In this document: piece after piece, positions 9,600 through 19,361 of the stretch
Layout: each line of letters opens with the position of its first letter
Position numbering within the stretch: position 1 is the first letter of the stretch
Assembly (NCBI GenBank): GCA_963666215.2
Contig: CAXWPL010000004.1
Span: forward strand, 800,001 to 864,000
Reading direction: 5' to 3'
Origin: Acidobacteriota bacterium
GTDB taxonomy: Bacteria; Acidobacteriota; UBA890; WLXD01
Length of the DNA stretch: 64,000 nucleotides
Made by a program: the position numbers and the translations under genes
The notes under the pieces: generated by a model
Databases searched by the model: none
What the model was told of the DNA's origin: nothing
What the model saw: the letters and a program-made list of their open reading frames with translations, nothing else

Positions 9600-11142
9600 G
9601 AGTCTGTCCGAGTATTCGGTGAGTTCGGCGTAAACTGGCGCTTGGTTGTGGGAAATGCCCTGAACAAGAGCAGGGGGAGAGCGTGGCCAAGACGTTTCGA
9701 GCCTACGAGCCGGACCAATTGTTGCTGATGCCGCCATCGCTGCGGGAGTGGCTGCCGGACGATCACCTGGCGTACTTCGTGTCGGACTTGGTCGGACGGC
9801 TGGAGCTCAGCGAGATCCTCGACAGCTACGAGGACAAGGCCGGCTACCCACCGTATCACCCGGTGATGATGACCAAGCTGCTGCTGTACGGCTACGCGGT
9901 CGGGGTGCGCAGCGCGCGGAAGCTGCAGCAGGCGACGCGAGAGAATGTCGGGTTCCGGGTGCTGTGTGCGGGCAACGAACCGGACTTCCGAACGATCGCA
10001 GCGTTTCGTGCCAGGCACCTCGAGGCGATGGAAGGACTGTTCCAGCAGGTGTTGACGATCTGCGCGCAAGCGGGGATGGCGAAGCTGGGCTACGTGGCGG
10101 TGGACGGCACGAAGATCAAGGCTAACGCCTCCAAGCACAAGGCGATGAGCTACGGGCGGATGAAAAGGGAGCGCAAGCGGCTGCGCACCGAGATCCGTAC
10201 GTACCTGCAAGAATGCGTCGCCCTGGACGAAGCCGAAGATGCGCGCTACGGCGCCGACAAGCGCGGAGACGAGCTACCTGAGGAGCTGGCCGACCCGGCC
10301 AAGAGGTTGGATGCGATCGAGCGGGCGATGGCGGCGCTGGAGCAACAAGCTACGGAGAAAGCCGAGCAGAAGGGCAAGGAGCCCAGCAAGCCGAAGGACA
10401 ACGCGCAGTACAACTTCACGGATCCCGACAGTCGGATCATGAAGTCGGCGGACCGCGCCTACATCCAGGCGTACAACGCCCAGGCAGCGGTCGACGAGCA
10501 GCACCAGATCGTCGTGGCGGCCGAGGTCACCCAGCAAGCCAACGACAAAGGGTGGCTGGTGCCGATGGTGCACCAGGTGGTTGACCGATTGGAGCTGGTG
10601 CCCGAGCAGGTCAGCGCAGACGCGGGGTACTGGGTGGAGCGAGATGTGGAGCGGCTCGAGTGGTACGACATCGAGGCGCTGGTGGCGCCCAAGAAGCTGA
10701 GGCACAGCGATTGGCGCAAGCCACCGACAGCGGAGGGACCGCCCCCGGAGGGGCTGACCACGAAGCAGCGCATGGAGCATGTGCTGAACACGGAAGAGGG
10801 CCGCAGAAAGATGATGCGGCGCTGGGTCACCGTCGAGCCGGTGTTCGGCCAGATCAAGAGGGCAATGGGGTTCCGGGAGTTCTCCATGCGGGGGACCGGG
10901 AAGGCTCAGGGCGAGTGGAAGCTCGTGTGTACGGCCCACAATCTGCTGAAGTTGTTCCGCAACGGAGTGAGCATGGCGCCGCGGCCCTCCGGGGAACTAC
11001 TCCACAGCGCCGCAGCCGCTTGAAAGTGCCGTCGCGCCAGCTCGGCTATGCCGTCGTAGGGCGCCAATCTCTACGACATCTCCGTCTTCGCCAACTCGCC
11101 GCTTCGACCCACCTTGCGTCTATCCGATACCCGGACGGAATC
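9600..11142 (+). mobile_element. IS1182-family insertion sequence
   Basis: Imperfect terminal inverted repeats: GAGTCTGTCCGAGTAT at the left and GATTCCGTCCGGGTAT (reverse complement) at the right. Flanked by (C)TAG on both sides. Confidence 0.85.
9683..11023 (+). CDS. IS1182-family transposase
   Basis: PPSLREWLPDDHLA, PYHPVMM, PDFRTIAAFR, DGTKIKANAS, NFTDPDSRIM, ADAGY and VEPVFGQIK motifs. Confidence 0.95.
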   Translation: MAKTFRAYEPDQLLLMPPSLREWLPDDHLAYFVSDLVGRLELSEILDSYEDKAGYPPYHPVMMTKLLLYGYAVGVRSARKLQQATRENVGFRVLCAGNEPDFRTIAAFRARHLEAMEGLFQQVLTICAQAGMAKLGYVAVDGTKIKANASKHKAMSYGRMKRERKRLRTEIRTYLQECVALDEAEDARYGADKRGDELPEELADPAKRLDAIERAMAALEQQATEKAEQKGKEPSKPKDNAQYNFTDPDSRIMKSADRAYIQAYNAQAAVDEQHQIVVAAEVTQQANDKGWLVPMVHQVVDRLELVPEQVSADAGYWVERDVERLEWYDIEALVAPKKLRHSDWRKPPTAEGPPPEGLTTKQRMEHVLNTEEGRRKMMRRWVTVEPVFGQIKRAMGFREFSMRGTGKAQGEWKLVCTAHNLLKLFRNGVSMAPRPSGELLHSAAAA

Positions 11143-11145
11143 TAG

Positions 11146-12470
11146 CAGGCTGCTGAAAAACGGCTCACGAGTGTCGATCCGGTCCCCGAGCGGCAGCGTG
11201 GAGTAGGCATGGCGCGCACCGTTGAAGGGGGGCGATCGCAAACGACCCTTCGCTCGTCACCTCGAGAGGCGGTTTGGCGCTCCCGGGTCCCACTACCTTC
11301 ACGTCAGCGCCTCGAGATTGCGCATTCTCACCAAGGTGAACGCTGCCGCGGTGAAGACGAACATCCAGCCGACGCGGTCGACCCCTCGGTGCTTCGTCTT
11401 GCGGATCAGTCCTACTGTCTTGCCCCAGCCAAAGACCTGCTCGACGAGCTTGCGTTTGACCTGGCTTTGCTTGTACCCGGCGTGCCTCGTGGTGCGGCCA
11501 TCGATCGCGCTGCGTCTGTTGGTGTCGTTCTGCGCCACATACGGCGTTACGTTCCGATCTCTCAGCTTGCCGACGCACTCCTTGGTGTCGTAGTTCTTGT
11601 CGCCACCCATAGTCACGCGATCTGTCCCGGGGATCTCGCCGGCCATCGCCACTGCCGCATCTCGTTCCGCTGTGCCTGAAGCCTTCGTTACCATCGCGTT
11701 GGTCGGCAGCCCGTGGCGGTTGTCGACTACCAGGTGGCCCATGTAGCAGAGCTTCGCCTCGGATCCCTTGCTCTTCCTATACAGGCGGGCGTCAGGATCG
11801 GTTCTCGAGGCGTGTGTATCGCTCTTGCGCCGCTGTTTGCGGAAATCGACGTCCGGGTTCCGGCCGCCACCACTGGGTGGATCCTGCCGCCCGCTCGGGT
11901 CTTTGGGCTGGTAGCTCTTGTGCGATGCCCACGCTTCGATCAGCGTTCCATCAACGGTGAAGTGCTCGTCCGATAGCAGTCCGCGCCTGCGCGCTTGCTC
12001 CACGACTTGCTCGAAGAACACTTCGGCGACCTCACCACCGAGCACCCGGTCTCGGTTCTTGGTGAACACCGTCGCATCCCACACCGCATCGTCCATGTTC
12101 AAGCCCACGAACCAGCGGAATAGCAGGTTGTAGTCGAGCTGCTCCATCAGCATGCGCTCGGAGCGGATCGTATACAGCACCTGCAGCAGCAATGCCCGCA
12201 ACAGCTTCTCCGGCGGGATCGACGGCCGCCCCGTGTGCGAGTACATGCCGGCGAACAGTGGCGACATCTGTTCCAGCACGTTGTTGACGATCTTCAGCAG
12301 CCGCCGCAGCGGATGGTCCTTCGGTACCCTCTGCTCGGGCGAGATATAGCTGAACGCTGCCACTTGACCCGCGTCTTCACCACGCATCTGCTCACCTCGT
12401 CGATGCTTCCGGTTGGCACGGGGCTGCATGGGTCAAGCTACATGAACGCTAGGAGTTTTTCAGCAGCCTG
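11146..12470 (-). mobile_element. IS5-family insertion sequence
   Basis: Perfect 16-bp inverted repeats CAGGCTGCTGAAAAAC (11146-11161 and 12455-12470), each flanked by CTAG (11142-11145 and 12471-12474). Confidence 0.92.
11299..12387 (-). CDS. IS5-family transposase
   Basis: MRGED...FSYISPEQRVPKDHPLR, GRPSIPPEKLLRALLLQ, LLFRWFVGL, VDGTLIEAWAS, DKNYD and RKLVEQVFGWGK motifs. Confidence 0.93.
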   Translation of the reverse strand: MRGEDAGQVAAFSYISPEQRVPKDHPLRRLLKIVNNVLEQMSPLFAGMYSHTGRPSIPPEKLLRALLLQVLYTIRSERMLMEQLDYNLLFRWFVGLNMDDAVWDATVFTKNRDRVLGGEVAEVFFEQVVEQARRRGLLSDEHFTVDGTLIEAWASHKSYQPKDPSGRQDPPSGGGRNPDVDFRKQRRKSDTHASRTDPDARLYRKSKGSEAKLCYMGHLVVDNRHGLPTNAMVTKASGTAERDAAVAMAGEIPGTDRVTMGGDKNYDTKECVGKLRDRNVTPYVAQNDTNRRSAIDGRTTRHAGYKQSQVKRKLVEQVFGWGKTVGLIRKTKHRGVDRVGWMFVFTAAAFTLVRMRNLEALT

Positions 12471-12483
12471 CTAGAAAACACAG

Positions 12484-13455
12484 CTAGTCATTCTTCGAAT
12501 CAGAGAAATGGTCGCCGGCGCGCCTTGGCGCGTAGGGTCCGACCATCCGCACCTTCGCTTTGGCGCCGCCAAGCCACCACGCCGTCTCGCCGAAGGTGCT
12601 GCCGTGCGTCACCACGAGTCGCCAGCACTTCGACAACACGAGCAGATCGACGAAGGCGTGCCGAAGCGCGACGGGGTCACTCCGATCTCGGCTGATTCCT
12701 TCGCAGACGGCAACCCGGGGGAAGGCTGATTTGACCAGCGGCACCACGTTCACGTCGTCCGTTGCGAGAAACACCTGCACGTCGGTGTCACTCTCGACAT
12801 CCAGCCGTGCGGCCTGGATCAGCTCCTCGGGCGAGACGTAGAAGTTCGCCTGTTTGCCGAAGTCACCCTGGCGAATATGGAGCCCCACGACCTTCGGTGC
12901 GAGCTCAGAAGCGAACTCCTCCGTTGCATCGACGATCGCCGGATGGGGGCGCAGTCGCGCGAAATAGGGAACATAGGTCTCCACGAGCTTCGCCGGCGTG
13001 TGGTCGTACATCCCGTCGATGAACTGGTTTGTGCGCAGGTCGCGGAACCAATGAGAGTTTTTCCGGATATTCGGTAGCGGGTAGGGGTTGTCGAGCGGAA
13101 CCTCTTCAGGCCGAACCCACAGCCGCCAATCGCTGGGATAGGTGTCGGCTCGCAGGGTCCAAGGCCGGTTTTCGAGCTCGATGAACTCATTAACCAGAAC
13201 GTCACTCAGCGGTGCCATGCAGTGGGCGTTCTTGGCCCAGTGGACTGCAAGGCGCTTGTCGTAGACGTCAGCCACCCGCATCGCCGAGACGACAAACTTC
13301 AGTCGATTGCTCAGACCTCCGCCCGCTGACGCATCAAGACGGCCGCCTTTTCTGGGGCGGCACCCATGCACCGACAGGCGTCGGCGCACTTCCCTGCCTG
13401 CCGCGACGAGCGCGGACGGCGACCTTCGGGCGAGCGATGCGATCCAGGAAGGCAT
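12484..13455 (-). CDS. Fucosyltransferase-like GT-B glycosyltransferase (GT11/GT23/O-FucT superfamily)
   Basis: GGGLSNRL, VGLHIRQGD, VFLATDD and DLLVLSKC...GSTFG correspond to the conserved fucosyltransferase motifs. Start uncertain. Confidence 0.75.
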   Translation of the reverse strand: MPSWIASLARRSPSALVAAGREVRRRLSVHGCRPRKGGRLDASAGGGLSNRLKFVVSAMRVADVYDKRLAVHWAKNAHCMAPLSDVLVNEFIELENRPWTLRADTYPSDWRLWVRPEEVPLDNPYPLPNIRKNSHWFRDLRTNQFIDGMYDHTPAKLVETYVPYFARLRPHPAIVDATEEFASELAPKVVGLHIRQGDFGKQANFYVSPEELIQAARLDVESDTDVQVFLATDDVNVVPLVKSAFPRVAVCEGISRDRSDPVALRHAFVDLLVLSKCWRLVVTHGSTFGETAWWLGGAKAKVRMVGPYAPRRAGDHFSDSKND

Positions 13456-13584
13456 GGAGGAGCAGCGTACGCGCCGCTTCCGGGCGCCGACAACCGCGCG
13501 AGCGTCTCGCAATGGGCCGACGGCGCAAGCACGCAGCGAGAGGAGCAGTTGGCAGACGCCGGCGGCGGCGAGTACCTTCGACGT

Positions 13585-14739
13585 GTGACCAACCCACTTC
13601 TGGCCCATCGGCGCGAGTACATGTTGTGGGGCGCTGCCGCGTTGGCGCTGGCGCTCCTGCTGTACGGCTTCTACCTCGTATTCTCGCCGTTCTTCAAGGC
13701 GATTGCCTGGGCGATCATCCTGGCGATCCTGCTGACGCCGGTGCACACTTACCTGCGCCGGTGGGTGCCGAAACGTGGCCCACGGGCACTGCTAACGTGC
13801 CTGATCGCTGCTCTGGTTCTCGTCGGCCCAACGCTGACGCTCGGCACGATCTTGGTGGGCGAGCTCGTCGAGTCGTTCGACCACTGGCAGGAGCAAGCTC
13901 GGCTCGGCGCCATCCGCGAGTGGGACCCAACCAACTGGCGTCCCGTGGTCTGGCTTCGCGACACGTTGGAGACCTATCTGGCGCCCTATCTCCCCGAGAG
14001 CGACCTCGACCGCTACTTGAATCTCGACCAGGTCGATCTCGAGTCAACAGTGGCGTCGGCCGCCCAGCGCCTTTCGCAGTTCCTGCTGAGCACTTCGCGC
14101 GGCGCTTTGAGCAACCTCGCGACCCTCGCCTTCACCCTCGTCGTCACCTGGCTGACCTTGTACTACCTGCTCAAGGACGGCGAGCTGTTCGTGCAGCGGC
14201 TTCTCGAGATCGCGCCGTACCCGGACGATCGCAAGGAAGCCATGCTGCACCAGCTCAGCGGTGTGATCACCAGCAGCGTCTACGGCGGGCTTGCCGTTGC
14301 TGCTACACAGGGTCTGCTCGGCGGCATCGCCTTCGCTGTGCTGGGACTCCCGTCGCCGGTGATGTGGGGCGTCGTGATGACGATCCTCGCGTTCGTCCCG
14401 CTGCTCGGCGCGTTCGTTGTGTGGGCGCCGGCGACGATCGTGCTGCTCGGCCAAGGTCGCTGGATTGCGGCGTTGCTGCTGCTGCTGTGGGGCGTGCTGG
14501 TGGTCGGTCTCGTCGACAACCTACTGCGGCCGATGCTGATCTCAGGGAGCACGAGCATGCACCCGTTGCTCATCTTCATGGCGGTTCTCGGCGGGATCCA
14601 GGCGTTTGGCTTTCTCGGACTCTTCATCGGACCGGTTCTGGTAGCGATTGTTACCGCGGTGCTCGATCTGTATCGCGGGGTTGTTCGGGGTGACTACGGC
14701 GAGTTGGGACGGGCCGCTGCGAGTGCCGACCCGGGGTGA
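13585..14739 (+). CDS. AI-2E family transporter
   Basis: PFFKAIAWAIILA, QGLLGGIAF, VDNLLRPMLI and HPLLIFMAVLGGI...GLFIGP motifs. Start placed at GTG 13585. Confidence 0.92.
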   Translation: MTNPLLAHRREYMLWGAAALALALLLYGFYLVFSPFFKAIAWAIILAILLTPVHTYLRRWVPKRGPRALLTCLIAALVLVGPTLTLGTILVGELVESFDHWQEQARLGAIREWDPTNWRPVVWLRDTLETYLAPYLPESDLDRYLNLDQVDLESTVASAAQRLSQFLLSTSRGALSNLATLAFTLVVTWLTLYYLLKDGELFVQRLLEIAPYPDDRKEAMLHQLSGVITSSVYGGLAVAATQGLLGGIAFAVLGLPSPVMWGVVMTILAFVPLLGAFVVWAPATIVLLGQGRWIAALLLLLWGVLVVGLVDNLLRPMLISGSTSMHPLLIFMAVLGGIQAFGFLGLFIGPVLVAIVTAVLDLYRGVVRGDYGELGRAAASADPG

Positions 14740-14875
14740 ATCCGCGCTAGCGCAGGGCAGTAGATCCTCGGTGTAGCAGGTCTGCTGAGACCATCTCCTG
14801 CCGCGCCGCGATGCGAGCGGCGAGGCTGTTTGCTGCTCCGCCGAAGGCTAAATTGGGCGGTGTACACTCCGGCGC

Positions 14876-16669
14876 ATGACGGGCGAAATTCTTATCGTCC
14901 TGGCCGTCCTGATCGGCGCCCTGGCGCTCTGGCTCACCGAGTGGCTGCCGATCGATCTCGTCGCGCTGTGTATCCCGATCGTCTTCATTCTCACCGGGAT
15001 TCTCGAGCCAGGCGAGGCTACGGCCGGGTTCGCGAGCACCGCGTTGCTCACTGTCGGGGCGATCTTTGTCGTCTCGGCTGGCCTGACGCGCACCGGCGTC
15101 ATCACCTTCGTCGGCGACAAGATCATCCACTTCGCGCGCGGCGACGATCGACGGCTGCTGCTCACCGTCATGGTGACGATGGCGGCGTTCTCGGGCTTCA
15201 TCAACAACACAGCCGTCGTGGCGATGTTCTTGCCGATCATGCTGAAGGTGGCGCGGGAATTCGACATGCCGCCGTCGAAGCTGCTCATTCCGCTGTCGTT
15301 CGCGTCGATCTTGGGGGGCACGCTGAGCCTGATCGGTACCTCCACCAACATCCTTGTCCACAGCCTCATGGTGGACCACGGGCTACGCGGGCTCGGGATG
15401 TTCGAGTTCACGCCCGTGGGCTCGATCTACGCCGTCGTTGGCATTGCCTACCTCTACTTCATCGGCAGCAAGCTGCTACCCGACCGCGGCACCGTGACGT
15501 CGTACCTGTCCGGGCAACGAGGCGCCACCGAGTACATGACCGAGGTTCAGGTCCCGGTGGGCTCTGCTCTGGTGGGCCGGTCTGTCGAGGAGGCGCTGGG
15601 CAAGGCTCACTCGGAAATTCGATTGCTGCAGATCATCCGTGGCGAGATCGTCTTCTGGCCGCCGCTCGACCAGGTGACGATCGAGGCAGACGATGTTTTT
15701 CTCCTGAAGGGCGACGTCAACGAGCTGTTGGCGCTCTACAAGCGAGAGGGCCTCGAGCTTCTGCCCGGCCTCAAGGCCGACGCGGCGCGCTACGCCGTCA
15801 AGGACATGGCCCTGGCCGAGGTCGTTATTACGCCCAACTCGCCGCTGATCGGTCGATCGCTTCGCGACGTCCAGTTCCGCCAGCACTACGGCGCCTCCGT
15901 GATGGCTCTGCAGCGTCACGGCGAGCACCTGCGGGATGAGCTACCCACCATCCGTCTGCGGGTTGGCGACGTCCTGCTGGTGATGGCCGACCGCACCGAA
16001 CTCGCTCGCTTGATGACCTTCGACGAGTTTCTCGTGCTCGACGCGGTTCAGGAGGTCGTTGTACGCGGCGACAAGGCTCCCTTCGCTTTGGCGTTGGTGC
16101 TCGGGCTGGTTGTCGCCGCCAGCCTGACCTCAGTGCCAATCCTGGTCCTCGCCATGGCCGCCGCAGTGCTGATGGTGCTCACCGGCTGTCTGACGATGCG
16201 CCACGCCTACGCCTCGCTTGATCTCTCCGTGCTGGTGCTCATCGGTGGAGCGATCTCGCTCGGCAAAGCGATGGACGTCACCGGCGCCGCAGAGCTCATC
16301 GCCACGCAGGTTGTGGGGGCGTTTGGTCCCTTCGGGCCCCAGGCAGTGCTGTCGTCTGTTTACCTGCTGACGGTGCTTTTTACCGAGCTGATGTCGAACA
16401 ACGCCGCCGCCGCGCTGATGATTCCGATCGCCTTGAGCATTGCCAACGGCCTCGGCGTCGACCCACGACCCTTCGCGATTGCGGTCGCGTTTGCTGGATC
16501 GGCGGCGTTTTCGACGCCAATCGGGTACCAAACCAACACGTTGGTCTACGGTCCCGGAGGCTACAAATTCCTCGACTACACGCGCATTGGGGTGCCACTC
16601 AACCTGATTCTATGGCTGCTGGCAACGCTGCTGATCCCGCTCTGGTGGCCACTCGTGCCCGTGGGCTAG
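14876..16669 (+). CDS. SLC13/DASS-family permease with TrkA-C domains (paralog of 401-2206)
   Basis: SGFINNTAVVA, GGTLSLIGTSTN, MSNNAAA and TPIGYQTNTLVYGPGGY motifs. Confidence 0.92.
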   Translation: MTGEILIVLAVLIGALALWLTEWLPIDLVALCIPIVFILTGILEPGEATAGFASTALLTVGAIFVVSAGLTRTGVITFVGDKIIHFARGDDRRLLLTVMVTMAAFSGFINNTAVVAMFLPIMLKVAREFDMPPSKLLIPLSFASILGGTLSLIGTSTNILVHSLMVDHGLRGLGMFEFTPVGSIYAVVGIAYLYFIGSKLLPDRGTVTSYLSGQRGATEYMTEVQVPVGSALVGRSVEEALGKAHSEIRLLQIIRGEIVFWPPLDQVTIEADDVFLLKGDVNELLALYKREGLELLPGLKADAARYAVKDMALAEVVITPNSPLIGRSLRDVQFRQHYGASVMALQRHGEHLRDELPTIRLRVGDVLLVMADRTELARLMTFDEFLVLDAVQEVVVRGDKAPFALALVLGLVVAASLTSVPILVLAMAAAVLMVLTGCLTMRHAYASLDLSVLVLIGGAISLGKAMDVTGAAELIATQVVGAFGPFGPQAVLSSVYLLTVLFTELMSNNAAAALMIPIALSIANGLGVDPRPFAIAVAFAGSAAFSTPIGYQTNTLVYGPGGYKFLDYTRIGVPLNLILWLLATLLIPLWWPLVPVG

Positions 16670-16890
16670 AAGGCCTCGCGGAAGTGTGGCGCGCCCTACG
16701 ACAGCGCCGCGCGAGGGCGCACGTGTCCCGAGCTCGCTCGGCGAGCTTTGAAGGTCGCTATACTTCTCATGGTCGCGGCCAGATGGTTCGATCGTATCCG
16801 CAGGGTTACCGCAGAATCCGATGTGCTAACTCCGATCCTCCCGCCAAGGCCGCTCGGCCGGGCCCGAAGGACCGTCACAAGAAGTCGTCG

Positions 16891-17673
16891 ATGAGGATCC
16901 ACCGCTCAACCACCATTTGCGCTTCATCCCTGCTCGCGGTCGCGCTTGCGGCCGTGCCGCTTACCGCCGCGCAGGAAACCCTCGCCGCCACGATCAACAT
17001 TGAATCGAGCGAGGGCTCCTTCGACATGACGTTCACCAGCGGCGGCGACGTGTCGAGAATGGACATCAAACAGCCCGAAAACGAGATGTCGATTCTCATG
17101 TCGGTTGTCTCGATGACCATGATCATGCATGCCCAAAAAACCTACATGGAATGGACCAAGGAGATGATGGACCGTATGCAGGCGATGATGGGGGGCATGG
17201 GCAACATGCCCGGCAGGCCGGGTGGACGAGGCGGTGAGACTGCCGACACTTTCGATCCCAGCCAGATCGTCTTCGAGCGCACCGGAAACACCGACACGAT
17301 CAACGGGCACTCGGCGTTCGAAGTCGCCTATAGCGACGACCAAGGGCGCGAGGGCTCACTCTGGATGACCGACGATATCCAGATCGGTCTGATGGAAGCG
17401 ATGCTGCAGGTATCCACGGTAATGATCGACAATCCGATGATGAACATGGGGCGCATGGGTGGACGCGGCGGCTCGAACCCGATGAGCAACATTCGCTCGC
17501 AACTGGCGCTGGCGCGCGCTCAGGGACTCCCGGAGGGCAAGGTGATCCGCATCGTCGACCCGGCGGGCGGTACCGTGATGACACTCGCCGGCGTCGGTGC
17601 TCCCGCTGCCGGCTGGGACAAGGTCCCGGCGGGGTACGAGCGTCAGCAGATGCCCTTCGGGCGCCAAGACTGA
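16891..17673 (+). CDS. Secreted DUF4412-like protein
   Basis: Signal peptide, a beta-rich N-terminal half (IMHAQKTYME), TGNTDTINGH and a C-terminal VPAGYERQQM; very Met/Gly-rich. Confidence 0.65.
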   Translation: MRIHRSTTICASSLLAVALAAVPLTAAQETLAATINIESSEGSFDMTFTSGGDVSRMDIKQPENEMSILMSVVSMTMIMHAQKTYMEWTKEMMDRMQAMMGGMGNMPGRPGGRGGETADTFDPSQIVFERTGNTDTINGHSAFEVAYSDDQGREGSLWMTDDIQIGLMEAMLQVSTVMIDNPMMNMGRMGGRGGSNPMSNIRSQLALARAQGLPEGKVIRIVDPAGGTVMTLAGVGAPAAGWDKVPAGYERQQMPFGRQD

Positions 17674-18024
17674 TTGAGCGACGAGCGCCTCGACCTGCTA
17701 GCGGCCTGCACCGAGAGCAAGCGGCTGGACCGCGCGTCCAAGGAAGCCGCGCGCGTCGTGTTCCAGTTCGACGGACCCGATCTCTACTTGGCGTCGGTCA
17801 GCTCGTATCACGTCGTTGTCGACGCGGGCGCGCGTCGTGTTCAGCACGGCTGCCGCGACTTCTTGACCGAGTCGCGAGCCAGTCGCCTGTGCAAACATGT
17901 TGCGGCCGTGTTGCTAGCGATGGAGGAGTCGACGGCGTTGGCCGTGCTGCGCGGCCTCGCCGATCCGCACGGCGACCAGGGTTGGCACGTTGAGGCGATG
18001 GCCGCGAGGGGCTTTCGCGGTTGA
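17674..18024 (+). CDS. Small SWIM-like zinc-finger protein
   Basis: HGCRDF...LCKHVAAVLL motif. Confidence 0.65.
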   Translation: MSDERLDLLAACTESKRLDRASKEAARVVFQFDGPDLYLASVSSYHVVVDAGARRVQHGCRDFLTESRASRLCKHVAAVLLAMEESTALAVLRGLADPHGDQGWHVEAMAARGFRG

Positions 18025-18106
18025 ATCGCTGAATCGCCTGAGTCCTCGCGACCCTCGGGTCCCGCGACCCTGGGTTCCTCGCGACAACGCTGAAGGAGAG
18101 ACGGGT

Positions 18107-18487
18107 GTGAGCAGTGGCCTCGAGGAGTTCCGTCGGTTTCGAGAGGAGATGAACGAACCCATCCTGGCGTCCGACAACCGCGAGCTCAAGAGATTCTTCG
18201 CGCTCGACAGTCGCGCCTACGAAAACGGCGCGCTCGACGTGAAGACGAAAGAGCTGATGGGGTTGGTGGCCTCGTTGGTACTGCGCTGCGACGACTGCAT
18301 CACCTATCACGTGGTGCGCTGCAAGGAAGAGGGCGTGACGCGGCCCGAGTTTCTCGAAGCTTTCAACATCGGACTCGTGGTTGGCGGTTCGATTGTTATT
18401 CCCCATCTGCGGCGAGCTGTTGCCCGTCTAGATGAGTTGGATGAGCTTGCCGAGCCCGAGCAACAGGGCGGGCCCGCTTCGAGCTAG
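18107..18487 (+). CDS. Carboxymuconolactone decarboxylase/AhpD family protein
   Basis: GALDVKTKELMGLVASLVLRCDDCITYH; SD AAGGAG precedes GTG 18107. Confidence 0.88.
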   Translation: MSSGLEEFRRFREEMNEPILASDNRELKRFFALDSRAYENGALDVKTKELMGLVASLVLRCDDCITYHVVRCKEEGVTRPEFLEAFNIGLVVGGSIVIPHLRRAVARLDELDELAEPEQQGGPASS

Positions 18488-19008
18488 AACGCTCGAGTGC
18501 GTTCGAGGCGCTCTACGAAACGCGCCAGCGCCGCGGGCGCCGCGTCACTCGCCAGATCGACGATCCGATCGTCGCCGGCGTGCAGCTCGAGAGCTGCCCG
18601 CGCCGACCCCGACTTGGGACCGTAGAGCGCGGCGCCGCCGCTGAGGTTGGCAACGACTCGGCGTGCTTGCCCGTTCCAGGCGCAGATGAACCAGTCGTAG
18701 TCGCCGGCAGTGAGTCCCGTCGTCAGAACGTTGGCGGCCGCGCCGCGGTTAATCGAGAACCCGAAGCAGTCGTCGGCGTCGCAGATCGCCTGGTACACAT
18801 CCCCAAGGCCGCCGCTGTGGGTTGCCACCGCGGTCATGACAACGTCGTCGGCAGAGGTAAAGCCGCGCAGCAGGCAGGTGTCGTTGCGCAGTCGCAGGGC
18901 CTTCACTTGGGAGTCCGCGGACTGCGGAATCAGAAGCACGGCGAGGGCGAGCGCCGTCGAGGCGACAAGCAGAGAGAGGCGGATGGCGCGGGTACCATGA
19001 GCAGACAT
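18484..19008 (-). CDS. Secreted hypothetical protein
   Basis: SD GGAG, signal peptide ending SADS-Q, and a beta-rich domain with 4 Cys. Confidence 0.65.
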   Translation of the reverse strand: MSAHGTRAIRLSLLVASTALALAVLLIPQSADSQVKALRLRNDTCLLRGFTSADDVVMTAVATHSGGLGDVYQAICDADDCFGFSINRGAAANVLTTGLTAGDYDWFICAWNGQARRVVANLSGGAALYGPKSGSARAALELHAGDDRIVDLASDAAPAALARFVERLERTRAF

Positions 19009-19361
19009 GATCATCTCCGTGAGATCAGGCGGACTTCATGGGGCTTGGGGACCCGGCGCGAGCGGCACATGCCGTACACGCCTATCGAACTAGTTTGCCG
19101 GTCGAGGTCAGCGGTTGCACGTCCAAACCGGCTCGCGAAGCGGCCGCCGCTTGGGGCGGACAGTAGTCCAGTCGGTCTGCGATGCCGCCCGTCCGCGGGC
19201 CGTTGGTTTCGTTTCCACGAGGCGACCTTTATGCTTGTGCGGACGCGCCCTGGTAGCCTGACCCCTCGGGCTCCACACGATTGCTTGACAACCTGGTCGA
19301 GGTGGCGAGAGTGCCCCTCGGCTCCCCGGTTTTTCGCTCCCTGTTATTGGAGGAATTGCGG

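Noticed and set aside
16790-16840. GTGCTAACTCC as part of a SAM-I riboswitch
   Set aside because: No matching P1/P2 or GCAACC elements; more likely promoter sequence.
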